Shown: in pieces, positions 22,150 to 31,281 of the stretch
Numbering within the stretch: position 1 is the stretch's first letter
Layout of the letters: each line of letters begins with the position of its first letter
Virus genome (UHGV): UHGV-0114795
Reading direction: 5' to 3' (one strand)
Length of the DNA: 37,954 nt
Source: a virus
Made by a program: the position numbers and the translations under genes
The notes under the pieces: model-generated
The model's input: the letters and a program-made list of their open reading frames with translations, nothing else
Told to the model about the DNA's origin: nothing
Databases searched by the model: none

Positions 22150-22376
22150 TGTTGGCTCCGTTTATCCGTTAAAAGGGATATCAGTTAAGCTATCCCGTGT
22201 AGGGTATAAGCTATTGTCGAGACCACTCATTGAATGGTCTCTGCAATAACCGATGTCTTTCCATCAGTCCGCCACCACAAAGAATCTTTTTTGCCATAAG
22301 GCAGGAGGTTCATCTTTCAGTGGCTGCCAGTGTTATTTCCCCACTTTCTGGCTTGGGTTGTTTCGCTGTACTGCCG

Positions 22377-22919
22377 TTAATTGGTGAGTCCGGGGATTAA
22401 GGTTTGCCCGTGCTGTTCAAGGCGTTCAATTCTCGCCAGTAGCTGAGGCTTCTTAATTTTTCCCCAGCGATTAAGCAGGCGGCCTGACATGCTGGCAACA
22501 TCCTTCTCTTTCATGTACTCCAGCATTACGGCATTTCTCTCTTCTTCAAATTGACGATGACCAACCTGAAGCATGGCGTACATCCAGTTGAATGCGTTGA
22601 TGTAAGCAATTTTGATACGCATTGCTTCTTTTTTGGTGTAGGACATAACCAAAAGCATCAACCCATCCTTGCGGAGACGGTAGAATTTTTGCGGCTTACC
22701 ATTCTGTAACTCATTGTTTTTATAGCAAAGCTCAAAGTTGAGCTTTGTATCAAACTCAGGAGGGCAAGCTTCTATGGTTCGCTCAATGTCACGAACCACG
22801 TTCTTCGGCAGCTTTCCAAATGCTTTTGCCACCATAAAAGAATCTGTAACCGGATCGTTGTTTGCTACAAAAATTAGGTCTCTGAAATCTATATCGTTAA
22901 CAACGGTTGGGTAGTTCAT
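22377..22919 (-). CDS. Phage regulatory protein, Rha family (putative)
   Basis: 180-aa protein resembling Rha/antirepressor-type regulators; family assignment from memory and uncertain. Confidence 0.55.
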   Translation of the reverse strand: MNYPTVVNDIDFRDLIFVANNDPVTDSFMVAKAFGKLPKNVVRDIERTIEACPPEFDTKLNFELCYKNNELQNGKPQKFYRLRKDGLMLLVMSYTKKEAMRIKIAYINAFNWMYAMLQVGHRQFEEERNAVMLEYMKEKDVASMSGRLLNRWGKIKKPQLLARIERLEQHGQTLIPGLTN

Positions 22920-23065
22920 TGCGTCTTTACCTTTTAGAAAGATGAGCCTGTTCGCACAGAAAAGCCGTCCCCGAGATGGTCGCCACCATATACGGCAATT
23001 CTCAGGCTCAGCTTTCTGAAAGACTCGGGATTGTTACGCGCTGCGATGCGCGGTTTACTGCAGAT

Positions 23066-23092
23066 GTAAAAAAGCCCCGCAAATGCGAGGCT
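23066..23092 (-). terminator. Intrinsic terminator downstream of lysis cassette
   Basis: On minus strand CCUCGC-AUUU-GCGGGG hairpin (one G-U pair) followed by CUUUUUU. Confidence 0.5.
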
Positions 23093-23265
23093 AAATCCTG
23101 GTATTTGTAATGACTGGCTCTTATCTCAACGCAGCCCCTTACCGCGCGCCAGATGCTCAATATCAAGCATCAGCAATGAGATGTTTAATCTGGATTCACT
23201 CCAGAAGTGATCATCACCCTGTCTACAGAGCCAGATGTGAAGGATGATGAGTAAAATTATCGCTA

Positions 23266-23724
23266 TCATCGAAGGCATTGCGTCCTGATGTATTCCTGCA
23301 GGTAGTTAACCTGCGCGGTTATCCTGTCGATTCCACTTCTGAGACGGTAATAATTGAGTTCAGCATCTGCTGTAAGTCCTGGGTTTTCTCCATCGCCCAT
23401 GCCGCTGGCTCCGGTCGTTGACGTTGCACAGGTGGCGGCGACTTGCAGGCGCTTACGACCAGCAGAAACATCAGCACGGAGACTTTCGATAGTCGCGTTA
23501 GCATCAGCAAGCTCCTTTGTATATCTGGCATCGAGTTCTGCTACATCACGTTGACGCTTCTGCATGTCAGCGATGGTGGCGGTCGCCTGCTTCAGCTCAC
23601 TGACTTTTTTATCACGCTGTTCTTTATAGGCGATGGCGTTATCACGGTAATGATTGACCGCCCATGACAGGCAGACGATGATGCAGATAACCAGAGCGGA
23701 GATAATCGCGGTGACTCTGCTCAT
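23266..23724 (-). CDS. Rz-type i-spanin
   Basis: N-terminal TM ([23 protein letters not shown]) then coiled-coil periplasmic domain; follows the endolysin. Confidence 0.8.
   Translation of the reverse strand: MSRVTAIISALVICIIVCLSWAVNHYRDNAIAYKEQRDKKVSELKQATATIADMQKRQRDVAELDARYTKELADANATIESLRADVSAGRKRLQVAATCATSTTGASGMGDGENPGLTADAELNYYRLRSGIDRITAQVNYLQEYIRTQCLR
23319..23504 (-). CDS. Rz1-type o-spanin lipoprotein, embedded in Rz in +1 frame
   Basis: Signal peptide with lipobox ([20 protein letters not shown]) and proline-rich mature region ([16 protein letters not shown]), entirely inside Rz. Confidence 0.7.
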   Translation of the reverse strand: MLTRLSKVSVLMFLLVVSACKSPPPVQRQRPEPAAWAMEKTQDLQQMLNSIITVSEVESTG

Positions 23725-24224
23725 TGTTGCCCCCACAAACAGACTTCACGCTCAATCTCACGGCGAGTCATCAGCCCTTTCCATTGCTTACCTCCAGCGT
23801 ATGTCCAACGACGTAACTGATCACATGCACCTTTGATATCGCCCTGGTTTATTTTGCTAAGAAGCGTCGATGTTCTGAAATTGCCAGCACCCACGTTGTA
23901 GACGAACGAGTAAAGAGCGCCGCGCGTTGTTTCCGGTATATCGACTTTGATGTACGGGTTAATTTGTCTGGCGACCGTGGCAAGGTCTTTATTCAGGAGG
24001 GCTTTGCATTCTGCTTCGGTATACGTTTTACCGAGCATGATGTCTTTTCCGGTGTGTCCGTGACATACAGTCCATACACCAACAATATCTTTGTATGGTA
24101 TGTAGCTGACACCTTCCAAACCATCGTTACCACTTGGTCCAGTGATTAACACAGATGCTATAGCAATAGCCCCGCCACTTATCGCCGCTATTACGCTATT
24201 TCGTAGTGCCGGTGACATTGCCAT
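23721..24224 (-). CDS. SAR endolysin (T4-lysozyme-type, GH24), phage 21 R-like
   Basis: N-terminal Gly/Ala-rich SAR segment ([19 protein letters not shown]) followed by [22 protein letters not shown]..; recalled as near-identical to phage 21 R. Confidence 0.9.
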   Translation of the reverse strand: MAMSPALRNSVIAAISGGAIAIASVLITGPSGNDGLEGVSYIPYKDIVGVWTVCHGHTGKDIMLGKTYTEAECKALLNKDLATVARQINPYIKVDIPETTRGALYSFVYNVGAGNFRTSTLLSKINQGDIKGACDQLRRWTYAGGKQWKGLMTRREIEREVCLWGQQ

Positions 24225-24399
24225 TCAATCTGTCCTCGCGCTCTTTGCGCTTGTAGTACCAGTTGATGCCAAATGTGCCGACAGTACAAAGAATACCAAT
24301 GATGACAGCCCAGTCATTCAGGGAGAGAATGCCACCCATCGCAGTCAGTCCTCCGAAGCTGTAACTGAACCATTCTCTGATTTTGTCCATACGGTACAT
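24196..24399 (-). CDS. Class II holin (pinholin-like), dual-start holin/antiholin
   Basis: MYRMDK dual-start motif (Met1, Arg3, Met4) like phage 21 S; two TMDs, the first Gly-rich; overlaps endolysin start. Confidence 0.8.
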   Translation of the reverse strand: MYRMDKIREWFSYSFGGLTAMGGILSLNDWAVIIGILCTVGTFGINWYYKRKEREDRLNGNVTGTTK

Positions 24400-24821
24400 G
24401 CTCTACCCCTTCATTGAGGGGATTTGCTCTATTTAATTAGGAATAAGGTCGATTACTGATAGAACAAATCCAGGCTACTGTGTTTAGTAATCAGATTTGT
24501 TCGTGACCGATATGCACGGGCAAAACGGCATGAGGTTGTTAGCGCAGCCTCTTGCCACCCGCTTTCACGAAGGTCATATGTAGAAGGCCGCAGCATAACT
24601 ATCACTGATGAGTTCAGGATAACCAGTGGCTACGGCTCAGTTTGGGTTGTGCTGTTGCTGGGCGGCGATGACGCCTGTACGCATTTGGTGATCCGGTTCT
24701 GCTTCCGGCATTCGCTTAATTCAGCACAAAAGGAAGAGCGCTAGTCTACCTCTATCGATTAACGGGCTTGTGGGGCAGTATCGCCGATTCACCTAACGCT
24801 CTTCCCTTTGTGATTGTAACG

Positions 24822-24853
24822 CAAAAAGCCCCGAGCTATTAACTCAGGGCTTT
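24822..24853 (-). terminator. PR'-proximal intrinsic terminator (tR'-equivalent)
   Basis: On minus strand AGCCCUGAG-UUAAUA-GCUCGGGGCU hairpin followed by UUUUUG, about 27 to 58 nt downstream of predicted PR' start. Confidence 0.55.
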
Positions 24854-24886
24854 ATTTAACGAGTGCATTTATCCATCGTTGAGTCA

Positions 24887-24915
24887 AATTTACCCAATTT
24901 TATTCAATAAGTCAA
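24887..24915 (-). promoter_or_regulatory. Late promoter PR' with qut region (lambda type)
   Basis: On minus strand TTGACT - 17 nt - TAAATT, in sequence recalled as identical to lambda PR' (TTGACTTATTGAATAAAATTGGGTAAATTTGACTCAACGATGG). Confidence 0.7.
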
Positions 24916-24957
24916 TATCATGCCGTTAATATGTTGCCATCCGTGGCAATCATGCTG

Positions 24958-25581
24958 CTAACGTGTGACCGCATTCAAAATATTATCTGCGATTGACTCT
25001 TCTTTGTGGCATTGCACCACCAGAGAGTCATACAGCGGCTTAACAGTGCGTGACCAGGTGGGTTGGGTAAGGTTTGGGATTAGCATCGTCACAGCGCGAT
25101 ATGCTGCGCTTGCTGGCATCCTTGAATAGCCGACGCCTTTGCATCTTCCGCACTCTTTCTCGACAACTCTCCCCCACTGCTCTGTTTTGGCTATATCAAC
25201 CGCACGACCTGTACCGTGGCAATCTCTGCATCTTGCCCCCGGCGTCGCGGCACTACGGCAATAATCCGCATAAGCGAATGTTGCGAGCACTTGCAGTACC
25301 TTTGCCTTAGTATTTCCTTCAAGCTTTGCAACGCCACGGTATTTCCCCGATACCTTGTGTGCAAATTGCATCAGATAGTTGATAGCCTTTTGTTTGTCGT
25401 TCTGGCTGAGTTCATGCTTACCGCAGAATGCAGCCATTCCGAATCCGGCTTGTGATTGCGCCATCCCCATAGCAGCCATCACATCAGTACCGGAAAGAGA
25501 GTCAGAAGCCGTGGCCCGTGGTGAGTCGCTCATCATCGGGCTTTTTGGCGAATGAAATTTAGCTACGCTTTCGAGTCTCAT
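24958..25581 (-). CDS. Q: Late gene antiterminator Q (lambda type)
   Basis: 207 aa, [76 protein letters not shown]..., recalled as essentially identical to lambda Q. Confidence 0.9.
   Translation of the reverse strand: MRLESVAKFHSPKSPMMSDSPRATASDSLSGTDVMAAMGMAQSQAGFGMAAFCGKHELSQNDKQKAINYLMQFAHKVSGKYRGVAKLEGNTKAKVLQVLATFAYADYCRSAATPGARCRDCHGTGRAVDIAKTEQWGRVVEKECGRCKGVGYSRMPASAAYRAVTMLIPNLTQPTWSRTVKPLYDSLVVQCHKEESIADNILNAVTR
25281..25313 (+). promoter_or_regulatory. paQ-like CII-dependent antisense promoter inside Q
   Basis: TTGCGAGCACTTGC (TTGC-N6-TTGC) followed 13 nt later by TAGTAT on the strand antisense to Q; same architecture as PRE in this window. Confidence 0.55.
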
Positions 25582-26243
25582 GCGCCTTCTCCCTGTACCT
25601 GAATCAATGTGAGGTTTCCGCAGAACACTGCGCCGGTATCTATATACATCTGGTTGGCAAACTTGAGTGGTTTCACTGCTGGCGTATGACCAAAGATGAA
25701 CGTGTCCGCTCCTTTGATTTCTTTCACGATCCCGTCTTGTGAGTTGCTGATTCGTTCGCGGTTCCAGATTACCTGCTGATGATCAACTGGCTTTCCAAAC
25801 TCGTATTCGTCACAAGGATAATCGGCGTGGCAGATGACATATTTTTTACCTTTACTCACCAGTTCGATGATTAACGGAAGTTCATCTGCTTTATGGGCAA
25901 GAGCTTTAGCCAGAATTTCTTTGTCGTAATCGAGATTAAAGAACCAACTACCGCCATTAAGCAGCCAGTGATTGACGTTTCCGCGCTCTGATAAGCCATC
26001 AATCATCATTTGCTCATGGTTTCCACGTACAGCTCTGAACCAGGGGAATGTGATTAATTCCAGGCATTCGACGTTCTCTGTACCGCGATCAACCAAATCG
26101 CCCACCGAGATAAGCAGGTCTTTTTTGGTGTCGAATCCTATCGTCTCCAGTTTTTTCATCAGGTTCGTGTAGCATCCGTGCAGATCGCCAACTACCCAAA
26201 CATTTCGGTATTTGCTGCCATCAATTCTTTCGTAATAGCGCAT
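25578..26243 (-). CDS. ninI: Ser/Thr protein phosphatase, lambda NinI (orf221) type
   Basis: 221 aa from ATG at 26243 ([29 protein letters not shown]... GDLVDRG...GNHE); metallophosphatase motifs; ORF-track start 26318 is TTG-extended. Confidence 0.85.
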   Translation of the reverse strand: MRYYERIDGSKYRNVWVVGDLHGCYTNLMKKLETIGFDTKKDLLISVGDLVDRGTENVECLELITFPWFRAVRGNHEQMMIDGLSERGNVNHWLLNGGSWFFNLDYDKEILAKALAHKADELPLIIELVSKGKKYVICHADYPCDEYEFGKPVDHQQVIWNRERISNSQDGIVKEIKGADTFIFGHTPAVKPLKFANQMYIDTGAVFCGNLTLIQVQGEGA

Positions 26244-26427
26244 CTCTTTCACTCCATCCGCGATGAACCATGAGAACGTCGTTGACGATGGCGTGCATTT
26301 TCCCGTCTTTATCATCAACGTATTTTCTTACCGTGCCGCGACTACATTTCAGTCTGCGTGCTACTTCTGTCTGGTTTCCGTATGCTTCAACGAGCATGTC
26401 TGGAATGGTTTTTACTGAGAACGTCAT
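26221..26427 (-). CDS. ninH: NinH
   Basis: 68 aa [68 protein letters not shown], recalled as lambda NinH. Confidence 0.85.
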   Translation of the reverse strand: MTFSVKTIPDMLVEAYGNQTEVARRLKCSRGTVRKYVDDKDGKMHAIVNDVLMVHRGWSERDALLRKN

Positions 26428-27035
26428 GCGGCCTCACTTCTGCTATTTCGCAGGTCTTTGAGTTTCTGTTGGTACTCTGCCTTGATCGCCTTGCACTCTT
26501 CGATAGTCCAGCGATGGCGGCTATGGTTTGATTCGATTTCGTCTACTGCTTCCTGCCCGATGCGGTTAATCAGTTCGACGCGATACGGAACGAGATTTCC
26601 GCTTTTGTGCTGGTTGCACACCACGCATTGCTTGTGAATATTGCGTTCATCAAATCGGAGTTGAGGTGCCGCAGCAGTTGTCCGGTAATGTCCGGCATCC
26701 CACTGAGCAGACGTGAGCGTTCCGCACGAGATACATGGTAAGTCGCGGTCTCTTTCTCTGATGAAGGCGTTTACGGCTTGTTGGGCTTGTTTAATCCAGT
26801 AACTGCGGGGCTTTAAGGCGAGTTTTCGAATCTTCAGTTTATCTTTCTGTTTCTGCTCCTCTCGTCGTAGTTTCTTCTCTGCTGCTTTTTCCGCTTTTTC
26901 GCGTTCTTTACTTCGTCGTTCGAGTGCTATCTTTGTTCCACACTCTGGAGAGCACCACCACTGATTAGCGAATGCAGGGTGAAACCATTCCCGACATTCT
27001 TCGTTTTTACATCGTCTTCGCGCTGGTTTAGCCAT
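26424..27035 (-). CDS. ninG: NinG (Rap recombination-associated endonuclease family)
   Basis: 203 aa, Cys-rich N-terminus ([33 protein letters not shown]); recalled as lambda NinG. Confidence 0.85.
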   Translation of the reverse strand: MAKPARRRCKNEECREWFHPAFANQWWCSPECGTKIALERRSKEREKAEKAAEKKLRREEQKQKDKLKIRKLALKPRSYWIKQAQQAVNAFIRERDRDLPCISCGTLTSAQWDAGHYRTTAAAPQLRFDERNIHKQCVVCNQHKSGNLVPYRVELINRIGQEAVDEIESNHSRHRWTIEECKAIKAEYQQKLKDLRNSRSEAA

Positions 27036-27222
27036 CGTCTTCTTCCTCGTACATTGAGCTATTCGGATCGCTCATCAGTTCTGCGCAGCAATCTGAGCAC
27101 ACGTGAACTTCCAGCACATGAAGCTTCTGACCGCAGTTAGCGCACGTTAAAGCTCGCTCGACACTTTCTTGTTCGTAACTTCGATTTGGGTCAATCACCT
27201 TGTTTTCCTCATGCGGTTCCAT
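27028..27222 (-). CDS. ninF: NinF
   Basis: C-terminal 56 aa ([52 protein letters not shown]) matches remembered lambda NinF; probable true start is the GTG at 27198 preceded by GAGGAAAA; ORF-track version is a long upstream extension. Confidence 0.7.
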   Translation of the reverse strand: MEPHEENKVIDPNRSYEQESVERALTCANCGQKLHVLEVHVCSDCCAELMSDPNSSMYEEEDDG

Positions 27223-27337
27223 TTGGCCTGTAACAGCCCGTAGACATAATCGAATGTCTTTACCTGGCTTTCTGTGGGGATTGGTTTCTTGCGGGATTTG
27301 GTGCGTTTGGTAGGAGTAAAAATCAGGTTGTCTAACG

Positions 27338-27511
27338 CTATTTGAGTAATGCTTCGTCGCTGTCTCGCCACACGTCCTCCTTTTCCTGCGGTAGTGGTAA
27401 CACCCCTGTTGGTGTTCTTTCACACCGGAGACACCATCGATTCCAGTAAGGTTGCCCGGGTCGAAAGCGATCGCCTTCCTTTCGCTCTCCACATCGATAA
27501 CAGTGCTTCAT
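27338..27511 (-). CDS. Small Cys-rich (zinc-ribbon-like) protein, NinD/NinE position
   Basis: [16 protein letters not shown]...WCLRCE; ATGA overlap with the methyltransferase stop suggests coupling. An alternative reading frame over the same DNA is also open, so frame is uncertain. Confidence 0.4.
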   Translation of the reverse strand: MKHCYRCGERKEGDRFRPGQPYWNRWCLRCERTPTGVLPLPQEKEDVWRDSDEALLK

Positions 27512-28098
27512 GCGATCACCATTTTGCATGGTTTAATCGCCATGCCGGTAGCCAGTTCAAAATCGGAGTCGCACTGATTGCCCCACATATCCCACCCGGT
27601 CACTTTGTCGCGGCTAAATAACTCACAGCGCGGCACGTCGCCAAGCAACTTAGCTAACATGTCTCTTACGATCGGTGGTTTTGCACTGTGCTCCATTCTC
27701 GGTGCGGTAAAGTGCTGGCATATGGAAGCGTCCATTCTCTCAGGCAACCGCCCTCGAACAGCAAACAAGCAATCCTCGCTATTTGCCCTGGTCATATGCC
27801 CCATTCCGATCGCACTGTTTCCTTTGTGCTTATTGGTTTTATGCCAGGTAAAGCCTTTCATAGTCATCAACCTGAATCCCCACGCCTCAACTACCTTTAG
27901 CGCTTCGGCTGGCTGTGTCGGCACCCACCACATCGCTAACAAGCAAGATTCTGGATCCGCTAAATCCCATACTGGCAGTCGGCAAATGTCCTGAACATTC
28001 ATAACATCGTATTTATGTCCAGCACCGCGATTGCCATCGTTGGCTTTGTCGCGATATTGCCAAGGTGGATCTGCGTAAATAAGTCGGTATTTGTTCAT
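27508..28098 (-). CDS. DNA N6-adenine methyltransferase, MT-A70 family
   Basis: DPPW motif ([10 protein letters not shown]) near N-terminus; 196 aa; ATGA overlap with ninB stop. Confidence 0.8.
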   Translation of the reverse strand: MNKYRLIYADPPWQYRDKANDGNRGAGHKYDVMNVQDICRLPVWDLADPESCLLAMWWVPTQPAEALKVVEAWGFRLMTMKGFTWHKTNKHKGNSAIGMGHMTRANSEDCLFAVRGRLPERMDASICQHFTAPRMEHSAKPPIVRDMLAKLLGDVPRCELFSRDKVTGWDMWGNQCDSDFELATGMAIKPCKMVIA

Positions 28099-28535
28099 GC
28101 AGCTTTATCTCCCCATCTCGCTTTCCACTCCAGAGCCAGTCGCGCTTCGTCTGACCATTTAACGCCACGTTCTGTACCGAATGCCTGTATAAGCTCTAAT
28201 AGCTCCGCAAATTCGCCTACACGCATCCTGCTGGTTGACTGGCCTATTACCACAAAGCCATTCCCGGCAAGGTTAGGAACAACATCCTGCTGCTTTAATG
28301 CTGCGGTAAACACACACTTCCAGCTTTCTGCATCCAGCCAGCGACCATGCCATTCAACCTGACGAGAGACGTCACCAAGGCAAGCCCAAAGCTTTCGATT
28401 CTGGTCTAAGCTGCGGTTGCGTTCCTGAATGGTTACTACGATTGGTTTGGTTGGGTCTGGAAGGATTTGCTGTACTGCGTGAATAGCGTTTTGCTGATGT
28501 GCTGGAGATCGAATTTCAAAGGTTAGTTTTTTCAT
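28095..28535 (-). CDS. ninB: NinB (Orf family recombination mediator)
   Basis: 146 aa from ATG at 28535 (MKKLTFEIRSPAHQQNAIHAV...), strong GGAGG upstream; recalled as lambda NinB. Confidence 0.8.
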   Translation of the reverse strand: MKKLTFEIRSPAHQQNAIHAVQQILPDPTKPIVVTIQERNRSLDQNRKLWACLGDVSRQVEWHGRWLDAESWKCVFTAALKQQDVVPNLAGNGFVVIGQSTSRMRVGEFAELLELIQAFGTERGVKWSDEARLALEWKARWGDKAA

Positions 28536-28551
28536 GACTTCCCCCTCCCCC

Positions 28552-28583
28552 AAATAAAAAGGCCTGCGATTACCAGCAGGCCT
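28552..28583 (-). terminator. Intrinsic terminator between helicase gene and ninB (lambda tR2 position)
   Basis: AGGCCTGC-GATTACCA-GCAGGCCT perfect 8-bp stem; on minus transcript followed by UUUUUAUUU. Confidence 0.65.
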
Positions 28584-28608
28584 GTTACAAGCTCAGTGAT
28601 GTAGATGG

Positions 28609-29985
28609 TCATACGTCAGCCCCTTGTGCATATCGTCTGCCACGCGCAGCAGGTGCATTTGATGTTGTGCAAATCTGTCTGGCTTCATCCTGGTCACATG
28701 CAACAAAGTGTCCGTTGCAGAACCGCTGGTAAACCGTACCAAGCGAGCCAAAACGGTTTTTCGTCACAATGATTTCAGCAAATGGCGCGGCGCTACTGTT
28801 CTCGTCATATACAGCTTCCCGATAGAGCATGATGATTGAGTCTGCGTCCTGCTCAATGCTTCCTGAATCACGCAAATCTGCGTTTGTCGGGCGTTTGTTT
28901 GGTCGCTTCTCAACATCGCGCGAAAGCTGACTCAGGGAGATAACCGGTGTTTTCAGGTCTTTCGCCATCGCCTTCAGGCTTCCGGAGATGTGAGCAATTG
29001 CGAGGTCGTTGCGGTCTGCTTTCGGCTTCTCAATCAGGCCAAGATAATCCGCCATGATGAGTGAGAGGTTTGGATTTTCCTGTTTGTGCCGTTCTGCGAT
29101 TGAGCGTATTTCTTCGACCGATAACCGCGAGGCATCGACTACCCATACATCCAAATCTGCAAGCTGACTCATGCCGTTAGCAACGCGCGCCCAGCCTTCG
29201 TCATCCATCGCTGCAGGATTTCGCAGTACGCTAACCGACATCCTCCCGGCGTTGGCAATGCTTCGCTCTGCAATCTGCAATGCGCTCATTTCCATTGAGA
29301 AAATCAATACCCCGCGCCGGACGTCAGAACCAGGAATAGTGCGGCTTGCAACGCCTTCGGCAATCTTCAGCGCCAGCTCGGTTTTCCCCATACCAGGACG
29401 AGCAGCGATTATCACCAGGTCTTCCGCGTTCATCCCTCCGGTGATGGCATCAAGTTCTTCGATTCCGGTCTTCAGGGTATCTGACTCTTCTCCGTTCCTC
29501 AGACGCCTGTCAAGCGTGTCAGTGTAGTCAGTAATGATTTCCCCTAACCGTACAGGTTTTACCTCGTCACGGGGCTTTCTGATGGCTGAGAGACGCTTTA
29601 CAAGCTCATCCATCGCCTGACTCGATGCGTCGATGGTTCCGCTCTGAATTGGTTCACGCATTTCATCCATGATTTCCAGCACCAGACGGCGGTGATAGTT
29701 ATCCGCGACCATTCCGGCATATCCCTTCAGGTTTGCGGCGCTCGGGCAGTTTTTGCTGGTCATCAGGATTGACGTGAAATGCTCATCTCCGCACGCCTCG
29801 GCAACCATCAGTGCGTCGATTAGGTTTCTGTTTCTCGCCTGCTTGCGGATAACCTCGAAGGCTTTCCGGTAGAGCGGAATTGAAAACGCTTCCGGCTCCA
29901 GCGTTGCCAGAACGTCGCTGGCGGTTGGTGTTAATCCACCAATCAGCAGGCCACCGATAACGCTCGCTTCGATATCCTGTCTCAT
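28609..29985 (-). CDS. Replicative DNA helicase, DnaB-like (P22 gene 12 type)
   Basis: 458 aa with Walker A (GMGKT) and DnaB C-terminal domain features; overlaps initiator gene end. Confidence 0.85.
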   Translation of the reverse strand: MRQDIEASVIGGLLIGGLTPTASDVLATLEPEAFSIPLYRKAFEVIRKQARNRNLIDALMVAEACGDEHFTSILMTSKNCPSAANLKGYAGMVADNYHRRLVLEIMDEMREPIQSGTIDASSQAMDELVKRLSAIRKPRDEVKPVRLGEIITDYTDTLDRRLRNGEESDTLKTGIEELDAITGGMNAEDLVIIAARPGMGKTELALKIAEGVASRTIPGSDVRRGVLIFSMEMSALQIAERSIANAGRMSVSVLRNPAAMDDEGWARVANGMSQLADLDVWVVDASRLSVEEIRSIAERHKQENPNLSLIMADYLGLIEKPKADRNDLAIAHISGSLKAMAKDLKTPVISLSQLSRDVEKRPNKRPTNADLRDSGSIEQDADSIIMLYREAVYDENSSAAPFAEIIVTKNRFGSLGTVYQRFCNGHFVACDQDEARQICTTSNAPAARGRRYAQGADV

Positions 29986-30929
29986 GCAATCCCCCTGTCT
30001 GCAAACTTCCCTTCCCGAACTCCCGTTAACGAATCTTCTCTCAGCAAGTAATCAAAATCAGCCGTCCAGCCCGTGTCGTTGTCTCCGAAGTAAAACGGCT
30101 TGGCCTGATGCACAAACGCCCTGACATACGCTCTGAAACCGTCCACGTTTGGCGTTTTCAGTTGCGGGATGATTTTCTTCAGGCGGCGTTTGCGTTTCTC
30201 GTTGACCGCAACAGCGTGTGGAAGTCTGTCACCGACTTCGGTGTTGTAGGCGTTCAGGAAGGATTCGTAGTCGATTCGTTCTGCCTTGCGACGTTCAGGT
30301 TTAACCTGCCCATCGCCTCCCCCATTGGGGGGTAGGGGGGTATTATTTATATTCTTGTTAATACCTTCTTGTTCATGATGTGCGGTTGTTTGTGCGGCTT
30401 CATGTGCGCTTTCATGTGCGGCATGTGCGCTGAAAGCCGCGCCATTACTGGCTTCGTCATGTGCGGCATCATGTGCGGTTGTTTGTGCGGCTTCATGTGC
30501 GGGTGAATTGTCCATTTTTTGAGCGTATTCATGGTAATTTGTGATGGTGATCACACGACCTTTTTGCTTCTCTCCATCAATGGAGATCATCCCCTCTTTC
30601 ACAAAAACCTGAAGCATCCGCTCAACCTGATCACGGCTTGCCGGCTTGCCATGCCTGTCGCATAACTGAAGACCTAAATCAGCTGCTGTCACAACCAGTT
30701 GACCGGGTTGCAGATGCCATTCATGACCTTTGAAATTCGCTTTGTATGGCTTTCTGGCGGCATTCAGGAGAAGGTTTTCCCACAGGGTGCGAAGATAAAC
30801 ATCTTTCGCCCATGACTGTTTCAGAATGCTCCGGTACAACGGAATGTAACCAGTTTTCTGGTTCTCCATCCTGTTGCTCCTGCGCTCGTGTGCGGCGCTG
30901 AAATCGTAGATTTTTGCTGTATTGCTCAT
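29982..30929 (-). CDS. Replication initiator, O-like N-terminal domain (P22 gene 18 type), containing the origin iterons
   Basis: 315 aa; N-terminus [10 protein letters not shown]... typical of phage replication protein O; central His/Ala-rich segment encoded by the iteron DNA. Confidence 0.8.
   Translation of the reverse strand: MSNTAKIYDFSAAHERRSNRMENQKTGYIPLYRSILKQSWAKDVYLRTLWENLLLNAARKPYKANFKGHEWHLQPGQLVVTAADLGLQLCDRHGKPASRDQVERMLQVFVKEGMISIDGEKQKGRVITITNYHEYAQKMDNSPAHEAAQTTAHDAAHDEASNGAAFSAHAAHESAHEAAQTTAHHEQEGINKNINNTPLPPNGGGDGQVKPERRKAERIDYESFLNAYNTEVGDRLPHAVAVNEKRKRRLKKIIPQLKTPNVDGFRAYVRAFVHQAKPFYFGDNDTGWTADFDYLLREDSLTGVREGKFADRGIA
30373..30505. repeat. Origin-type iterons (about 9 copies of ATGTGCGG/C at roughly 10-12 bp spacing) with flanking AT-rich and G-rich blocks
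   Basis: Read directly: 31-bp direct repeat ATGTGCGGTTGTTTGTGCGGCTTCATGTGCG at about 30378 and 30471; additional TGTGCG units between; AT-rich 30341..30365; CCCCCATTGGGGGGTAGGGGGG at 30319..30340. Confidence 0.75.
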
Positions 30930-30931
30930 AA

Positions 30932-31204
30932 CTACCTGCCTTGACGAAAGACCTTAAGAACATCGTTAAACTGACTTACGGATATGTCTTCTTTGAGCAG
31001 CTTTTCCAGAAATGCGTTTGGAATGAACGTATATCCCTCCTCTTTTGGTAGAGACGGGAGCAACGCCCTCGCCTCAGCCTTCAGAAGCTCAGTTCTGGCA
31101 ACTTTCACAAAAGAGATTTGAGTTCTTTCATCAATGGAACGAAGGAAGCGCAAGCGCTTGGCTTCTTTGTGTGTATCAGGTGGATTAAAGTCTTTGTTTC
31201 GCAT
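30932..31204 (-). CDS. Hypothetical protein (90 aa) between cII and replication initiator
   Basis: ATG at 31204 with GAGGT upstream (MRNKDFNPPDTHKEAKRLRF...); ORF-track version 30932..31513 is an extension through cII in another frame. Confidence 0.5.
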   Translation of the reverse strand: MRNKDFNPPDTHKEAKRLRFLRSIDERTQISFVKVARTELLKAEARALLPSLPKEEGYTFIPNAFLEKLLKEDISVSQFNDVLKVFRQGR

Positions 31205-31215
31205 ATAATTACCTC

Positions 31216-31281
31216 GTTGGATGTTGTTAAAATTCCATTTGTATTTGATCAGAACGCTCGGTTGCCGCCGGGCGTTTTTTA
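31216..31281 (+). ncRNA. oop-like antisense RNA (antisense to 3' end of cII)
   Basis: 3' portion (CCATTTGTATTTGATCAGAACGCTCGGTTGCCGCCGGGCGTTTTTTATT) nearly identical to remembered lambda oop RNA 3' end, with terminator hairpin GCUCGG-UUGCCG-CCGGGC plus U6; candidate -10 TATAAT at 31204..31209. The 5' end is inferred. Confidence 0.55.

Noticed and set aside
22228-22250. Inverted repeat GAGACCA-CTCATTGA-ATGGTCTC considered as a terminator
   Set aside because: No U-tract on either strand; kept only as a possible protein-binding site or RNA hairpin in the Rha-cluster finding.
27028-27492. ORF-track 154-aa ORF upstream of NinF
   Set aside because: Only the C-terminal part matches NinF; the extension has no recognisable start signal, though it leaves the frame at 27338..27492 ambiguous (noted in findings).
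30319-30340. G/C-rich block CCCCCATTGGGGGGTAGGGGGG considered as a palindrome or G-quadruplex-forming element
   Set aside because: Not a perfect palindrome (ATTG centre is asymmetric) and G-runs are on one side only; reported only as part of the origin region.
30347-30532. 61-aa minus-strand ORF rich in His/Met/Pro/Lys ([25 protein letters not shown]...)
   Set aside because: It is an alternative-frame read-through of the origin iteron repeats inside the replication initiator gene; the repetitive composition is a by-product of the DNA repeats, not evidence of a gene.
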